The notes beneath the pieces were generated by a model that was given only the letters and a program-made list of their open reading frames with translations, did not search any database and was not told the origin of the DNA. The position numbers were made by a program, and so were the translations under genes. Below are positions 15,001 through 29,100 of a stretch of DNA of 64,000 nucleotides, in pieces (position 1 is the stretch's first letter; the number at the start of each line of letters is the position of its first letter). The stretch is from Eledone cirrhosa (taxonomy: Eukaryota), in assembly GCA_964016885.1 (NCBI GenBank), contig OZ024742.1:342302001-342366000 (forward strand), read 5' to 3'.

Positions 15001-18000
15001 TGAAGTATGTGATCTCCAGTGGTATGAAGTATGTGATCTACAGTGGTATGAAGTATGTGATCTACAGTTGTATGATGTATGTGATCTCCAGTGGTATGAA
15101 GTATGTGATCTCCATTGGTATGAAGTATGTGATCTCCAGTGGTATGAAGTATGTGATCTACAGTGGTATGAAGTATGTGATCTCCAGTGGTATGAAGTAT
15201 GTGATCTACAGTGGTATGAAGTATGTGATCTACAATGGTATGAAGTATGTGATATCCTGTGGTATGAAGTATGTGATCTACATTGGTATGAAGTATGTGA
15301 TCTACAGTGGTATGAAGTATGTGATCTCCTGTGGTATGAAGTATGTGATCTCCAGTGGTATGAAGTATGTGATCTACAGTGATATGAGGTATGTGATCTA
15401 CAGTGGTATGAAGTATGTGATCTCCTGTGATATGAAGTATGTGATCTACAGTGGTATGAATTATATGATCTACAGTGGTATGAAGTATGTGATCTGCAGT
15501 GGTATGAAGTATGTGATCTACAGTGGTATGAAGTATGTGATCTACAGTGGTATGATGTATGTGATCTCCAGTGGTATGAAGTATGTGATCTCCATTGGTA
15601 TGAAGTATGTGATCTCCAGTGGTATGAAGTATGTGATCTACAGTGGTATGAAGTATGTGATCTCCAGTGGTATGAAGTATGTGATCTCCAGTGGTATGAA
15701 GTATGTGATCTACAGTGGTATGAAGTATGTGATCTCCAGTGGTATGAAGTATGTGATCTCCAGTGGTATGAAGAATGTGATCTACAGTGGTATGAAATAT
15801 GTGATCTCCAGTGCTATGAAGTATGTGATCTACAGTGGTATGAAGTATGTCAGCTCCAGTGGTATGAAGTATGTGATCTCCAGTGGTATGAAGTATGTGA
15901 ACTACAGTGGTATGAATATGTGATCTCCAGTGGTATGAAGTATGTGATCTACAGTGGTATGAAGTGTGTGATCTACAGTGGTATGAAGTATGTGATATCC
16001 TGTGATATGAAGTATGTGATATCCTGTGGTATGAAGTATGTGATCTACAGTGGTATGAAGTATGTGATCTCCTGTGATATGAAGTATGTGATCTACAGTG
16101 GTATGAAGTATGTGATCTACAGTGGTATGAAGTATGTGATCTCCAGGGGTATGAAGTATGTGATCTACAGTGGTATGAAGTATGTGATCTCCAGTGGTAT
16201 GAAGTATGTCAGCTCCAGTGGTATGAAGTATGTGATCTACAGTGGTATGAAGTATGTGATCTACAGTGGTATGATGTATGTGATATCCAGTGGTATGAAG
16301 TATGTGATCTCCATTGGTATGAAGTATGTGATCTGCAGTGATATGAAGTATGTGATCTACAGTGGTATGAAGTATGTGATCTTCAGTGGTATGAAGTATG
16401 TGATCTCCAGTGGTATGAAGTATGTGATCTACAGTGGTATGAAGTATGTGATCTACAGTGGTATGAAGTATGTGATCTACAGTGGTATGAAGTATGTGAT
16501 CTCCAGTGGTATGAAGTATGTGATCTCCAGTGGTATGAAGTATGTGATCTACAGTGGTATGAAGTATGTGATCTTCAGTGGTATGAAGTATGTGATCTCC
16601 TGTGGTATGAAGTATGTGATCTACAGTGGTATGAAGTATGTGATCTACAGTGGTATGAAGTATGTGATCTCCATTGGTATGAAAGTATGTGATCTCCAGT
16701 GGTATGAAGTATGTGATCTACAGAGGTATGAAGTATGTGATCTACAGTGATATGAAGTATGTGATCTACAGTGGTATGAAGTATGTGATATCCTGTGGTA
16801 TGAAGTATGTGATCTCCATTGGTATGAAGTATGTGATCTCCAGTGGTATGAAGTATGTGATCTCCAGTGGTATGAAGTATGTGATCTCCAGTGGTATGAA
16901 GTATGTGATCTACAGTGGTATGAAGTATGTGATCTACAGTGGTATGAAGTATGTGATCTACAGTGGTATGAAGTATGTGATATCCTGTGGTATGAAGTAT
17001 ATGATCTCCATTGTTATGAAGTATGTGATCTCCAGTGGTATGAAGTATGTGATCTACAGTGGTATGAAGTATTTGATCTCCAGTGGTATGAAGTATGTGA
17101 TCTACAGTGATATGAAGTATGTGATCTACAGTGGTATGAAGTATGTGATATAATGTGGTATGAAGTATGTGATCTCCATTGGTATGAAGTATGTGATCTC
17201 CAGTGGTATGAAGTATGTGATCTCCAGTGATATGAAGTATGTGATCTCCAGTGGTATGAAGTATGTGATCTACAGTGGTATGAAGTATGTGATCTACAGT
17301 GGTATGAAGTATGTGATCTACAGTGGTATGAAGTATGTGATCTACAGTGGTATGAAGTATATGATCTCCATTGGTATGAAGTATGTGATCTCCAGTGGTA
17401 TGAAGTATGTGATCTACAGTGGTATGAAGTATGTGATCTCCAGTGGTATGAAGTATGTGATCTACAGTGGTATGAAGTATGTGATCTACAGTGATATGAA
17501 GTATGTGATCTACAGTGGTATGAAGTATGTGATATCCTGTGGTATGAAGTATGTGATCTCCATTGGTATGAAGTATGTGATCTCCAGTGGTATGAAGTAT
17601 GTGATCTCCAGTGGTATGAAGTATGTGATCTACAGTGGTATGAAGTATGTGATCTACAGTGGTATGAAGTATGTCAGCTCCAGTGGTATGATGTATGTGA
17701 TCTCCAGTGGTATGAAGTATGTGATCAACAGTGGTATGAAATATGTGATCTCCTGTGGTATGAAGTATGTGATCTCCTGTGGTATGAAGTATGTGATCTC
17801 CAGTGGTATGAAGTATGTGATCTACAGTGGTATGATGTATGTGATGTCCAGTGGTATGAAGTATGTGATCTACAGTGGTATGAAGTATGTGATCTCCAGT
17901 GGTATGAAGTATGTGATCTCCAGTGGTATGAAGTATGTGATCTGCAGTGGTATGAAGTATGTGATCTACAGTGGTATGATGTATGTGATATCCTGTGGTA

Positions 18001-19550
18001 TGAAGTATGTGATCTCCAGTGGTATGAAGTATGTTAGCTCCACTGGTATGAAGTATGTGATCTACAGTGGTATGAAGTATGTGATATCCTGTGGTATGAA
18101 TTATGTGATGTCCAGTGGTATGAAGTATGTGATCTCCAGTGTTATGAATTATGTCAGCTCCAGTGGTATGAAGTATGTCAGCTCCAGTGGTATGAAGTAT
18201 GTCAGCTCCTGTGGTATGAAGTATGTGATCTCCAGTGGTATGAAGTATGTCAGCTTCAGTGGTATGAAGTATGTTAGCTCCAGTGGTATGAAGTATGTGA
18301 TATCTTGTGGTATGAAGTATGTGATCTCCAGTGGTATGAAGTATGTGATCTACAGTGGTATGAAGTATGTGATCTACAGTGGTATGAAGTATGTCAGCTC
18401 CAGTGGTATGAAGTATGTGATCTCCAGTGGTATGAAGTATGTGATCTACAGTGGTATGAAGTATGTGATCTACAGTGGTATGAAGTATGTGATCTACAGT
18501 GGTATGAAGTATGTCAGTTCCAGTGGTATGAAGTATGTGATCTCCAGTGGTATGAAGTATGTGATCTACAGTGGTATGAAGTATGTGATCTACAGTGGTA
18601 TGAAGTATGTGATCTACAGTGGTATGAAGTATGTCAGCTCCAGTGGTATGAAGTATGTGATCTACAGTGGTATGAAGTATGTGATCTACAGTGGTATGAT
18701 GTATGTGATATCCAGTGGTATGAAGTATGTGATCTCCATTGGTATGAAGTATGTGATCTCCAGTGATATGAAGTATGTGATCTACAGTGGTATGAAGTAT
18801 GTGATCTCCAGTGGTATGAAGTATGTGATCTCCAGTGGTATGAAGTATGTGATCTACAGTGGTATGAAGTATGTGATCTACAGTGGTATGAAGCATGTGA
18901 TCTCCAGTGGTATGAAGTATGTGATCTCCGGTGGTATGAAGTATGTGATCTACAGTGGTATGAAGTATGTGATCTACAGTGGTATGAAGTATGTGATCTC
19001 CAGTGGTATGAAGTATGTGATCTCCAGTGGTATGAAGTATGTGATCTACAGTGGTATGAAGTATGTGATCTACAGTGGTATGAAGTATGTGATCTCCAGT
19101 GGTATGAAAGTATGCGATCTCCAGTGGTATGAGTATGTGATCTACAGTGGTATGAAGTATGTGATCTACAGTGATATGAAGTATGTGATCTACAGTGGTA
19201 TGAAGTATGTGATATCATGTGGTATGAAGTATGTGATCTCCATTGGTATGAAGTATGTGATCTCCAGTGGTATGAAGTATGTGATCTCCAGTGGTATGAA
19301 GTATGTGATCTACAGTGGTATGAAGTATGTGATCTACAGTGGTATGAAGTATGTGATATCCTGTGGTATGAAGTATGTGATCTCCATTGGTATGAAGTAT
19401 GTGATCTACAGTGGTATGAAGTATGTGATCTCCAGTGGTATGATGTATGTGATCTCCAGTGGTATGAAGTATGTGATCTACAGTGGTATGAAGTATGTGA
19501 TCTACAGTGGTATGAAGTATGTGATATCCTGTGGTATGAAGTATATGATC
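9040..19550 (+). repeat. Tandem ~5.2-5.3-kb duplication (offset 5208 bp = 217 monomers, rising to 5352 and 5424 where copy 2 has extra monomers)
   Basis: Private markers recur at +5208: TAGAGCGG at 9641/14849, the -1 variant TATGAATATG at ~10708/~15916, TATAAT at 11941/17149, and ORF starts 9648/14856, 10712/15920, 11481/16689, 11952/17160. Confidence 0.92.
12310..13170 (+). repeat. Divergent monomer block rich in GTCAGC/GTTAGC (replacing GTGATC); related copies at ~17670-18640, ~34930-35850, ~41550-42430, ~45640-46560, ~52260-53140
   Basis: Three consecutive GTCAGCTCC monomers, then GTCAGCTTC and GTTAGCTCC, plus GATGTCC, CCACTGG, AGTGTTATG and GTCAGTTCC variants in conserved order. Confidence 0.88.
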
Positions 19551-22500
19551 TCCATTGGTATGAAGTATGTGATCTCCAGTGGTATGAAGTATGTGATCTA
19601 CAGTGGTATGAAGTATGTGATCTCCAGTGGTATGAAGTATGTGATCTACAGTGGTATGAAGTATGTGATCTACAAGGGTATGAAGTATCTGATATCCTGT
19701 GGTATGAAGTATGTGATCTACAGTGGTATGAAGTATGTGATCTACAGTGGTATGAAGTATGTGATCTACAGTGGTATGAAGTATGTGATCTACAGTGATA
19801 TGAGGTATGTGATCTACAGTGGTATGAAGTATGTGATCTCCTGTGATATGAAGTATGTGATCTACAGTGGTATGAAGTATGTGATCTACAGTGGTATGAA
19901 GTATGTGATCTCCAGTGGTATGAAGTATGTGATCTACAGTGGTATGAAGTATGTGATCTACAGTGGTATGATGTATGTGATCTCCAGTGGTATGAAGTAT
20001 GTGATCTCCTGTGGTATGAAGTATGTGATCTCCAGTGGTATGAAGTATGTGATCTACAGTTGTATGAAGTATGTGATCTCCAGTGGTATGAAGTATGTGA
20101 TCTACAGTGGTATGAAGTATGTGATCTACAGTGGTATGAAGTATGTGATCTACAGTGGTATGAAGTATGTGATCTCCAGTGGTATGATGAATGTGATCTA
20201 CAGTGGTATGAAATATGTGATCTCCAGTGCTATGAAGTATGTGATCTACAGTGGTATGAAGTATGTCAGCTCCAGTGGTATGAAGTATGTGATCTCCAGT
20301 GGTATGAAGTATGTGATCTACAGTGGTATGAAGTATGTGATCTCCAGTGGTATGAAGTATGTGATCTACAGTGGTATGAAGTGTGTGATCTACAGTGGTA
20401 TGAAGTATGTGATATCCTGTGATATGAAGTATGTGATATCCTGTGGTATGAAGTATGTGATCTACAGTGGTATGAAGTATGTGATCTACAGTGGTATGAA
20501 GTATGTGATCTCCAGGGGTATGAAGTATGTGATCTACAGTGGTATGAAGTATGTGATCTACAGTGGTATGAAGTATGTGATATCCTGTGGTATGAAGTAT
20601 GTGATCTACAGTGGTATGAAATATGTGATCTACAGTGGTATGAAGTATGTGATTTCCTGTGGTATGAAGTATGTGATCTCCAGTGGTATGAAGTATGTGT
20701 TCTACAGTGATATGAGGTATGTGATCTACAGTGGTATGAAGTATGTGATCTCCTGTGATATGAAGTATGTGATCTACAGTGGTATGAAGTATGTGATCTA
20801 CAGTGGTATGAAGTATGTGATCTCCAGTGGTATGAAGTATGTGATCTACAGTGGTATGAAGTATGTGATCTACAGTTGTATGATGTATGTGATCTCCAGT
20901 GGTATGAAGTATGTGATCTCCATTGGTATGAAGTATGTGATCTCCAGTGGTATGAAGTATGTGATCTACAGTGGTATGAAGTATGTGATCTCCAGTGGTA
21001 TGAAGTATGTGATCTACAGTGGTATGAAGTATGTGATCTACAATGGTATGAAGTATGTGATATCCTGTGGTATGAAGTATGTGATCTACAGTGGTATGAA
21101 GTATGTGATCTACAGTGGTATGAAGTATGTGATCTCCTGTGGTATGAAGTATGTGATCTCCAGTGGTATGAAGTATGTGATCTACAGTGATATGAGGTAT
21201 GTGATCTACAGTGGTATTAAGTATGTGATCTCCTGTGATATGAAGTATGTGATCTACAGTGGTATGAAGTATGTGATCTACAGTGGTATGAAGTATGTGA
21301 TCTGCAGTGGTATGAAGTATGTGATCTACAGTGGTATGAAGTATGTGATCTACAGTGGTATGATGTATGTGATCCCCAGTGGTATGAAGTATGTGATCTC
21401 CATTGGTATGAAGTATGTGATCTACAGTGGTATGAAGTATGTGATCTACAGTGGTATGAAGTATGTGATATCCAGGGGTATGAAGTATGTGATCTACAGT
21501 GGTATGAAGTATGTGATCTACAGTGGTATGAAGAATGTGATATCCTGTGGTATGAAGTATGTGATCTACAGTGGTATGAAGTATGTGATCTCCATTGGTA
21601 TGAAGTATGTGATCTCCAGTGATATGAAGTATGTGATCTACAGTGGTATGAAGTATGTGATCTCCAGTGGTATGAAGTATGTTAGCTCCAGTGGTATGAA
21701 GTATGTGATATCTTGTGGTATGAAGTATGTGATCTCCAGTGGTATGAAGTATGTGATCTACAGTGGTATGAAGTATGTGATCTACAGTGGTATGAAGTAT
21801 GTCAGCTCCAGTGGTATGAAGTATGTGATCTCCAGTGGTATGAAGTATGTGATCTACAGTGGTATGAAGTATGTGATCTACAGTGGTATGAAGTATGTGA
21901 TCTACAGTAGTATGAAGTATGTCAGTTCCAGTGGTATGAAGTATGTGATCTCCAGTGGTATGAAGTATGTGATCTACAGTGGTATGATGTATGTGATCTA
22001 CAGTGGTATGAAGTATGTGATCTACAGTGGTATGAAGTATGTCAGCTCCAGTGGTATGAAGTATGTGATCTACAGTGGTATGAAGTATGTGATCTACAGT
22101 GGTATGATGTATGTGATATCCAGTGGTATGAAGTATGTGATCTCCATTGGTATGAAGTATGTGATCTCCAGTGATATGAAGTATGTGATCTACAGTGGTA
22201 TGAAGTATGTGATCTCCAGTGGTATGAAGTATGTGATCTCCAGTGGTATGAAGTATGTGATCTACAGTGGTATGAAGTATGTGATCTACAGTGGTATGAA
22301 GTATGTGATCTCCAGTGGTATGAAGTATGTGATCTCCGGTGGTATGAAGTATGTGATCTACAGTGGTATGAAGTATGTGATCTACAGTGGTATGAAGTAT
22401 GTGATCTCCAGTGGTATGAAGTATGTGATCTCCAGTGGTATGAAGTATGTGATCTACAGTGGTATGAAGTATGTGATCTACAGTGGTATGAAGTATGTGA

Positions 22501-24590
22501 TCTCCAGTGGTATGAAAGTATGCGATCTCCAGTGGTATGAGTATGTGATCTACAGTGGTATGAAGTATGTGATCTACAGTGATATGAAGTATGTGATCTA
22601 CAGTGGTATGAAGTATGTGATATCCTGTGGTATGAAGTATGTGATCTCCATTGGTATGAAGTATGTGATCTCCAGTGGTATGAAGTATGTGATATCCAGT
22701 GGTATGAAGTATGTGATCTACAGTGGTATGAAGTATGTGATCTACAGTGGTATGAAGTATGTGATATCCTGTGGTATGAAGTATGTGATCTCCATTGGTA
22801 TGAAGTATGTGATCTCCAGTGGTATGAAGTATGTGATCTCCAGTGGTATGATGTATGTGATCTCCAGTGGTATGAAGTATGTGATCTACAGTGGTATGAA
22901 GTATGTGATCTACAGTGGTATGAAGTATGTGATATCCTGTGGTATGAAGTATATGATCTCCATTGGTATGAAGTATGTGATCTCCAGTGGTATGAAGTAT
23001 GTGATCTACAGTGGTATGAAGTATGTGATCTCCAGTGGTATGAAGTATGTGATCTACAGTGGTATGAAGTATGTGATCTACAATGGTATGAAGTATGTGA
23101 TATCCTGTGGTATGAAGTATGTGATCTACAGTGGTATGAAGTATGTGATCTACAGTGGTATGAAGTATGTGATCTACAGTGGTATGAAGTATGTGATCTA
23201 CAGTGATATGAGGTATGTGATCTACAGTGGTATGAAGTATGTGATCTCCTGTGATATGAAGTATGTGATCTACAGTGGTATGAAGTATGTGATCTACAGT
23301 GGTATGAAGTATGTGATCTCCAGTGGTATGAAGTATGTGATCTACAGTGGTATGAAGTATGTGATCTACAGTGGTATGATGTATGTGATCTCCAGTGGTA
23401 TGAAGTATGTGATCTCCTGTGGTATGAAGTATGTGATCTCCAGTGGTATGAAGTATGTGATCTACAGTTGTATGAAGTATGTGATCTCCAGTGGTATGAA
23501 GTATGTGATCTACAGTGGCATGAAGTATGTGATCTACAGTGGTATGAAGTATGTGATCTACAGTGGTATGAAGTATGTGATATCCAGTGGTATGATGAAT
23601 GTGATCTACAGTGGTATGAAATATGTGATCTCCAGTGGTATGAAATATGTGATCTCCAGTGCTATGAAGTATGTGATCTACAGTGGTATGAAGTATGTCA
23701 GCTCCAGTGGTATGAAGTATGTGATCTCCAGTGGTATGAAGTATGTGATCTACAGTGGTATGAAGTATGTGATCTCCAGTGGTATGAAGTATGTGATCTA
23801 CAGTGGTATGAAGTGTGTGATCTACAGTGGTATGAAGTATGTGATATCCTGTGATATGAAGTATGTGATATCCTGTGGTATGAAGTATGTGATCTACAGT
23901 GGTATGAAGTATGTGATCTACAGTGGTATGAAGTATGTGATCTCCAGGGGTATGAAGTATGTGATCTACAGTGGTATGAAGTATGTGATCTACAGTGGTA
24001 TGAAGTATGTGATATCCTGTGGTATGAAGTATGTGATCTACAGTGGTATGAAGTATGTGATCTACAGTGGTATGAAGTATGTGATCTCCTGTGGTATGAA
24101 GTATGTGATCTACAGTGGTATGAAGTATGTGATCTACAGTTGTATGATGTATGTGATCTCCAGTGGTATGAAGTATGTGATCTCCATTGGTATGAAGTAT
24201 GTGATCTCCAGTGGTATGAAGTATGTGATCTCCAGTGGTATGAAGTATGTGATCTCCATTGGTATGAAGTATGTGATCTACAGTGGTATGAAGTATGTGA
24301 TCTACAATGGTATGAAGTATGTGATATCCTGTGGTATGAAGTATGTGATCTACAGTGGTATGAAGTATGTGATCTACAGTGGTATGAAGTATGTGATCTC
24401 CTGTGGTATGAAGTATGTGATCTCCAGTGGTATGAAGTATGTGATCTACAGTGATATGAGGTATGTGATCTACAGTGGTATTAAGTATGTGATCTCCTGT
24501 GATATGAAGTATGTGATCTACAGTGGTATGAAGTATGTGATCTACAGTGGTATGAAGTATGTGATCTGCAGTGGTATGAAGTATGTGATC
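18270..24590 (+). repeat. Tandem ~3.4-kb duplication (offset 3408 bp = 142 monomers)
   Basis: GTTAGC at 18273/21681, TGCGATC at 19115/22523 and ORF starts 20060/23468 share the offset. The offset changes distally through monomer gain or loss, so ends are approximate. Confidence 0.82.
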
Positions 24591-26180
24591 TACAGTGGTA
24601 TGAATTATGTGATCTCCAGTGGTATGAAGTATGTGATCTACAGTGGTATGAAGTATGTGATCTACAATGGTATGAAGTATGTGATATCCTGTGGTATGAA
24701 GTATGTGATCTACAGTGGTATGAAGTATGTGATCTACAGTGGTATGAAGTATGTGATCTACAGTGGTATGAAGTATGTGATCTACAGTGATATGAGGTAT
24801 GTGATCTACAGTGGTATGAAGTATGTGATCTCCTGTGATATGAAGTATGTGATCTACAGTGGTATGAAGTATGTGATCTACAGTGGTATGAAGTATGTGA
24901 TCTCCAGTGGTATGAAGTATGTGATCTACAGTGGTATGAAGTATGTGATCTACAGTGGTATGATGTATGTGATCTCCAGTGGTATGAAGTATGTGATCTC
25001 CTGTGGTATGAAGTATGTGATCTCCAGTGGTATGAAGTATGTGATCTACAGTTGTATGAAGTATGTGATCTCCAGTGGTATGAAGTATGTGATCTACAGT
25101 GGTATGAAGTATGTGATCTACAGTGGTATGAAGTATGTGATCTACAGTGGTATGAAGTATGTGATCTCCAGTGGTATGATGAATGTGATCTACAGTGGTA
25201 TGAAATATGTGATCTCCAGTGGTATGAAATATGTGATCTCCAGTGCTATGAAGTATGTGATCTACAGTGGTATGAAGTATGTCAGCTCCTGTGGTATGAA
25301 GTATGTGATCTCCAGTGGTATGAAGTATGTGATCTACAGTGGTATGAAGTATGTGATCTCCAGTGGTATGAAGTATGTGATCTACAGTGGTATGAAGTGT
25401 GTGATCTACAGTGGTATGAAGTATGTGATATCCTGTGATATGAAGTATGTGATATCCTGTGGTATGAAGTATGTGATCTACAGTGGTATGAAGTATGTGA
25501 TCTACAGTGGTATGAAGTATGTGATCTCCAGGGGTATGAAGTATGTGATCTACAGTGGTATGAAGTATGTGATCTACAGTGGTATGAAGTATGTGATATC
25601 CTGTGGTATGAAGTATGTGATCTACAGTGGTATGAAGTATGTGATCTACAGTGGTATGAAGTATGTGATCTCCTGTGGTATGAAGTATGTGATCTACAGT
25701 GGTATGAAGTATGTGATCTACAGTTGTATGATGTATGTGATCTCCAGTGGTATGAAGTATGTGATCTCCGTTGGTATGAAGTATGTGATCTCCAGTGGTA
25801 TGAAGTATGTGATCTACAGTGGTATGAAGTATGTGATCTCCAGTGGTATGAAGTATGTGATCTACAGTGGTATGAAGTATGTGATCTACAATGGTATGAA
25901 GTATGTGATATCCTGTGGTATGAAGTATGTGATCTACAGTGGTATGAAGTATGTGATCTACAGTGGTATGAAGTATGTGATCTCCTGTGGTATGAAGTAT
26001 GTGATCTCCAGTGGTATGAAGTATGTGATCTACAGTGATATGAGGTATGTGATCTACAGTGGTATTAAGTATGTGATCTCCTGTGATATGAAGTATGTGA
26101 TCTACAGTGGTATGAAGTATGTGATCTACAGTGGTATGAAGTATGTGATCTGCAGTGGTATGAAGTATGTGATCTACAGT
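23010..26180 (+). repeat. Tandem 1584-bp duplication (66 monomers)
   Basis: ORF starts 23468/25052 and 24140/25724 are offset by 1584. Both copies carry the doubled GAAATATG monomer and the GGTATTAAG variant. Confidence 0.8.
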
Positions 26181-29100
26181 GGTATGAAGTATGTGATCTA
26201 CAGTGGTATGATGTATGTGATCTCCAGTGGTATGAAGTATGTGATCTCCATTGGTATGAAGTATGTGATCTACAGTGGTATGAAGTATGTGATCTACAGT
26301 GGTATGAAGTATGTGATCTCCAGGGGTATGAAGTATGTGATCTACAGTGGTATGAAGTATGTGATCTACAGTGGTATGAAGTATGTGATATCCTGTGGTA
26401 TGAAGTATGTGATCTACAGTGGTATGAAGTATGTGATCTACAGTGGTATGAAGTATGTGATCTCCTGTGGTATGAAGTATGTGATCTCCAGTGGTATGAA
26501 GTATGTGATCTACAGTGATATGAGGTATGTGATCTACAGTGGTATGAAGTATGTGATCTCCTGTGATATGAAGTATGTGATCTACAGTGGTATGAAGTAT
26601 GTGATCTACAGTGGTATGAAGTATGTGATCTCCAGTTGTATGAAGTATGTGATCTACAGTGGTATGAAGTATGTGATCTACAGTGGTATGATGTATGTGA
26701 TCTCCAGTGGTATGAAGTATGTGATCTCCTGTGGTATGAAGTATGTGATCTCCAGTGGTATGAAGTATGTGATCTACAGTTGTATGAAGTATGTGATCTC
26801 CAGTGGTATGAAGTATGTGATCTACAGTGGTATGAAGTATGTGATCTACAGTGGTATGAAGTATGTGATCTCCAGTGGTATGATGAATGTGATCTACAGT
26901 GGTATGAAATATGTGATCTCCAGTGCTATGAAGTATGTGATCTACAGTGGTATGAAGTATGTCAGCTCCAGTGGTATGAAGTATGTGATCTCCAGTGGTA
27001 TGAAGTATGTGATCTACAGTGGTATGAAGTATGTGATCTCCAGTGCTATGAAGTATGTGATCTACAGTGGTATGAAGTGTGTGATCTACAGTTGTATGAA
27101 GTATGTGATATCCTGTGATATGAAGTATGTGATATCCTGTGGTATGAAGTATGTGATCTACAGTGGTATGAAGTATGTGATCTACAGTGGTATGAAGTAT
27201 GTGATCTCCAGGGGTATGAAGTATGTGATCTACAGTGGTATGAAGTATGTGATCTACAGTGGTATGAAGTATGTGATATCCTGTGGTATGAAGTATGTGA
27301 TCTACAGTGGTATGAAGTATGTGATCTACAGTGGTATGAAGTATGTGATCTCCTGTGGTATGAAGTATGTGATCTCCAGTGGTATGAAGTATGTGATCTA
27401 CAGTGATATGAGGTATGTGATCTACAGTGGTATGAAGTATGTGACCTCCTGTGATATGAAGTATGTGATCTACAGTGGTATGAAGTATGTGATCTACAGT
27501 GGTATGAAGTATGTGATCTCCAGTGGTATGAAGTATGTGATCTACAGTGGTATGAAGTATGTGATCTACAGTTGTATGATGTATGTGATCTCCAGTGGTA
27601 TGAAGTATGTGATCTCCATTGGTATGAAGTATGTGATCTCCAGTGGTATGAAGTATGTGATCTACAGTGGTATGAAGTATGTGATCTCCAGTGGTATGAA
27701 GTATGTGATCTACAGTGGTATGAAGTATGTGATCTACAATGGTATGAAGTATGTGATATCCTGTGGTATGAAGTATGTGATCTACAGTGGTATGAAGTAT
27801 GTGATCTACAGTGGTATGAAGTATGTGATCTCCTGTGGTATGAAGTATGTGATCTCCAGTGGTATGAAGTATGTGATCTACAGTGATATGAGGTATGTGA
27901 TCTACAGTGGTATGAAGTATGTGATCTCCTGTGATATGAAGTATGTGATCTACAGTGGTATGAAGTATGTGATCTACAGTGGTATGAAGTATGTGATCTG
28001 CAGTGGTATGAAGTATGTGATCTACAGTGGTATGAAGTATGTGATCTACAGTGGTATGATGTATGTGATCTCCAGTGGTATGAAGTATGTGATCTCCATT
28101 GGTATGAAGTATGTGATCTCCAGTGGTATGAAGTATGTGATCTACAGTGGTATGAAGTATGTGATCTCCAGTGGTATGAAGTATGTGATCTCCAGTGGTA
28201 TGAAGTATGTGATCTAGAGTGGTATGAAGTATGTGATCTCCAGTGGTATGAAGTATGTGATCTCCAGTGGTATGAAGAATGTGATCTACAGTGGTATGAA
28301 ATATGTGATCTCCAGTGCTATGAAGTATGTGATCTACAATGGTATGAAGTATGTCAGCTCCAGTGGTATGAAGTATGTGATCTCCAGTGGTATGAAGTAT
28401 GTGATCTACAGTGGTATGAAGTATGTGATCTCCAGTGGTATGAAGTATGTGATCTACAGTGGTATGAAGTGTGTGATCTACAGTGGTATGAAGTATGTGA
28501 TATCCTGTGATATGAAGTATGTGATATCCTGTGGTATGAAGTATGTGATCTCCAGTGGTATGAAGTATGTGATCTACAGTGGTATGAAGTATGTGATCTA
28601 CAGTTGTATGATGTATGTGACCCCAGTGGTATGAAGTATGTGATCTCCCTTGGTATGAAGTATGTGATCTCCAGTGGTATGAAGTATGTGATCTACAGTG
28701 GTATGAAGTATGTGATCTCCAGTGGTATGAAGTATGTGATCTACAGTGGTATGAAGTATGTGATCTACAATGGTATGAAGTATGTGATATCCTGTGGTAT
28801 GAAGTATGTGATCTTCAGTGGTATGAAGTATGTGATCTACAGTGGTATGAAGTATGTGATCTCCTGTGGTATGAAGTATGTGATCTCCAGTGGTATGAAG
28901 TATGTGATCTACAGTGATATGAGGTATGTGATCTACAGTGGTATGAAGTATGTGATCTCCTGTGATATGAAGTATGTGATCTACAGTGGTATGAAGTATG
29001 TGATCTACAGTGGTATGAAGTATGTGATCTGCAGTGGTATGAAGTATGTGATCTACAGTGGTATGAAGTATGTGATCTACAGTGGTATGATGTATGTGAT

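Noticed and set aside
11367-18896. His-rich minus-strand ORFs (LHTTVDHI) as metal-binding repeat proteins; Cys/His frames as zinc fingers
   Set aside because: Their ATG starts come from a single AAGCAT variant (13472, 18896), and the Cys/His spacing does not match C2H2 or other known finger patterns.
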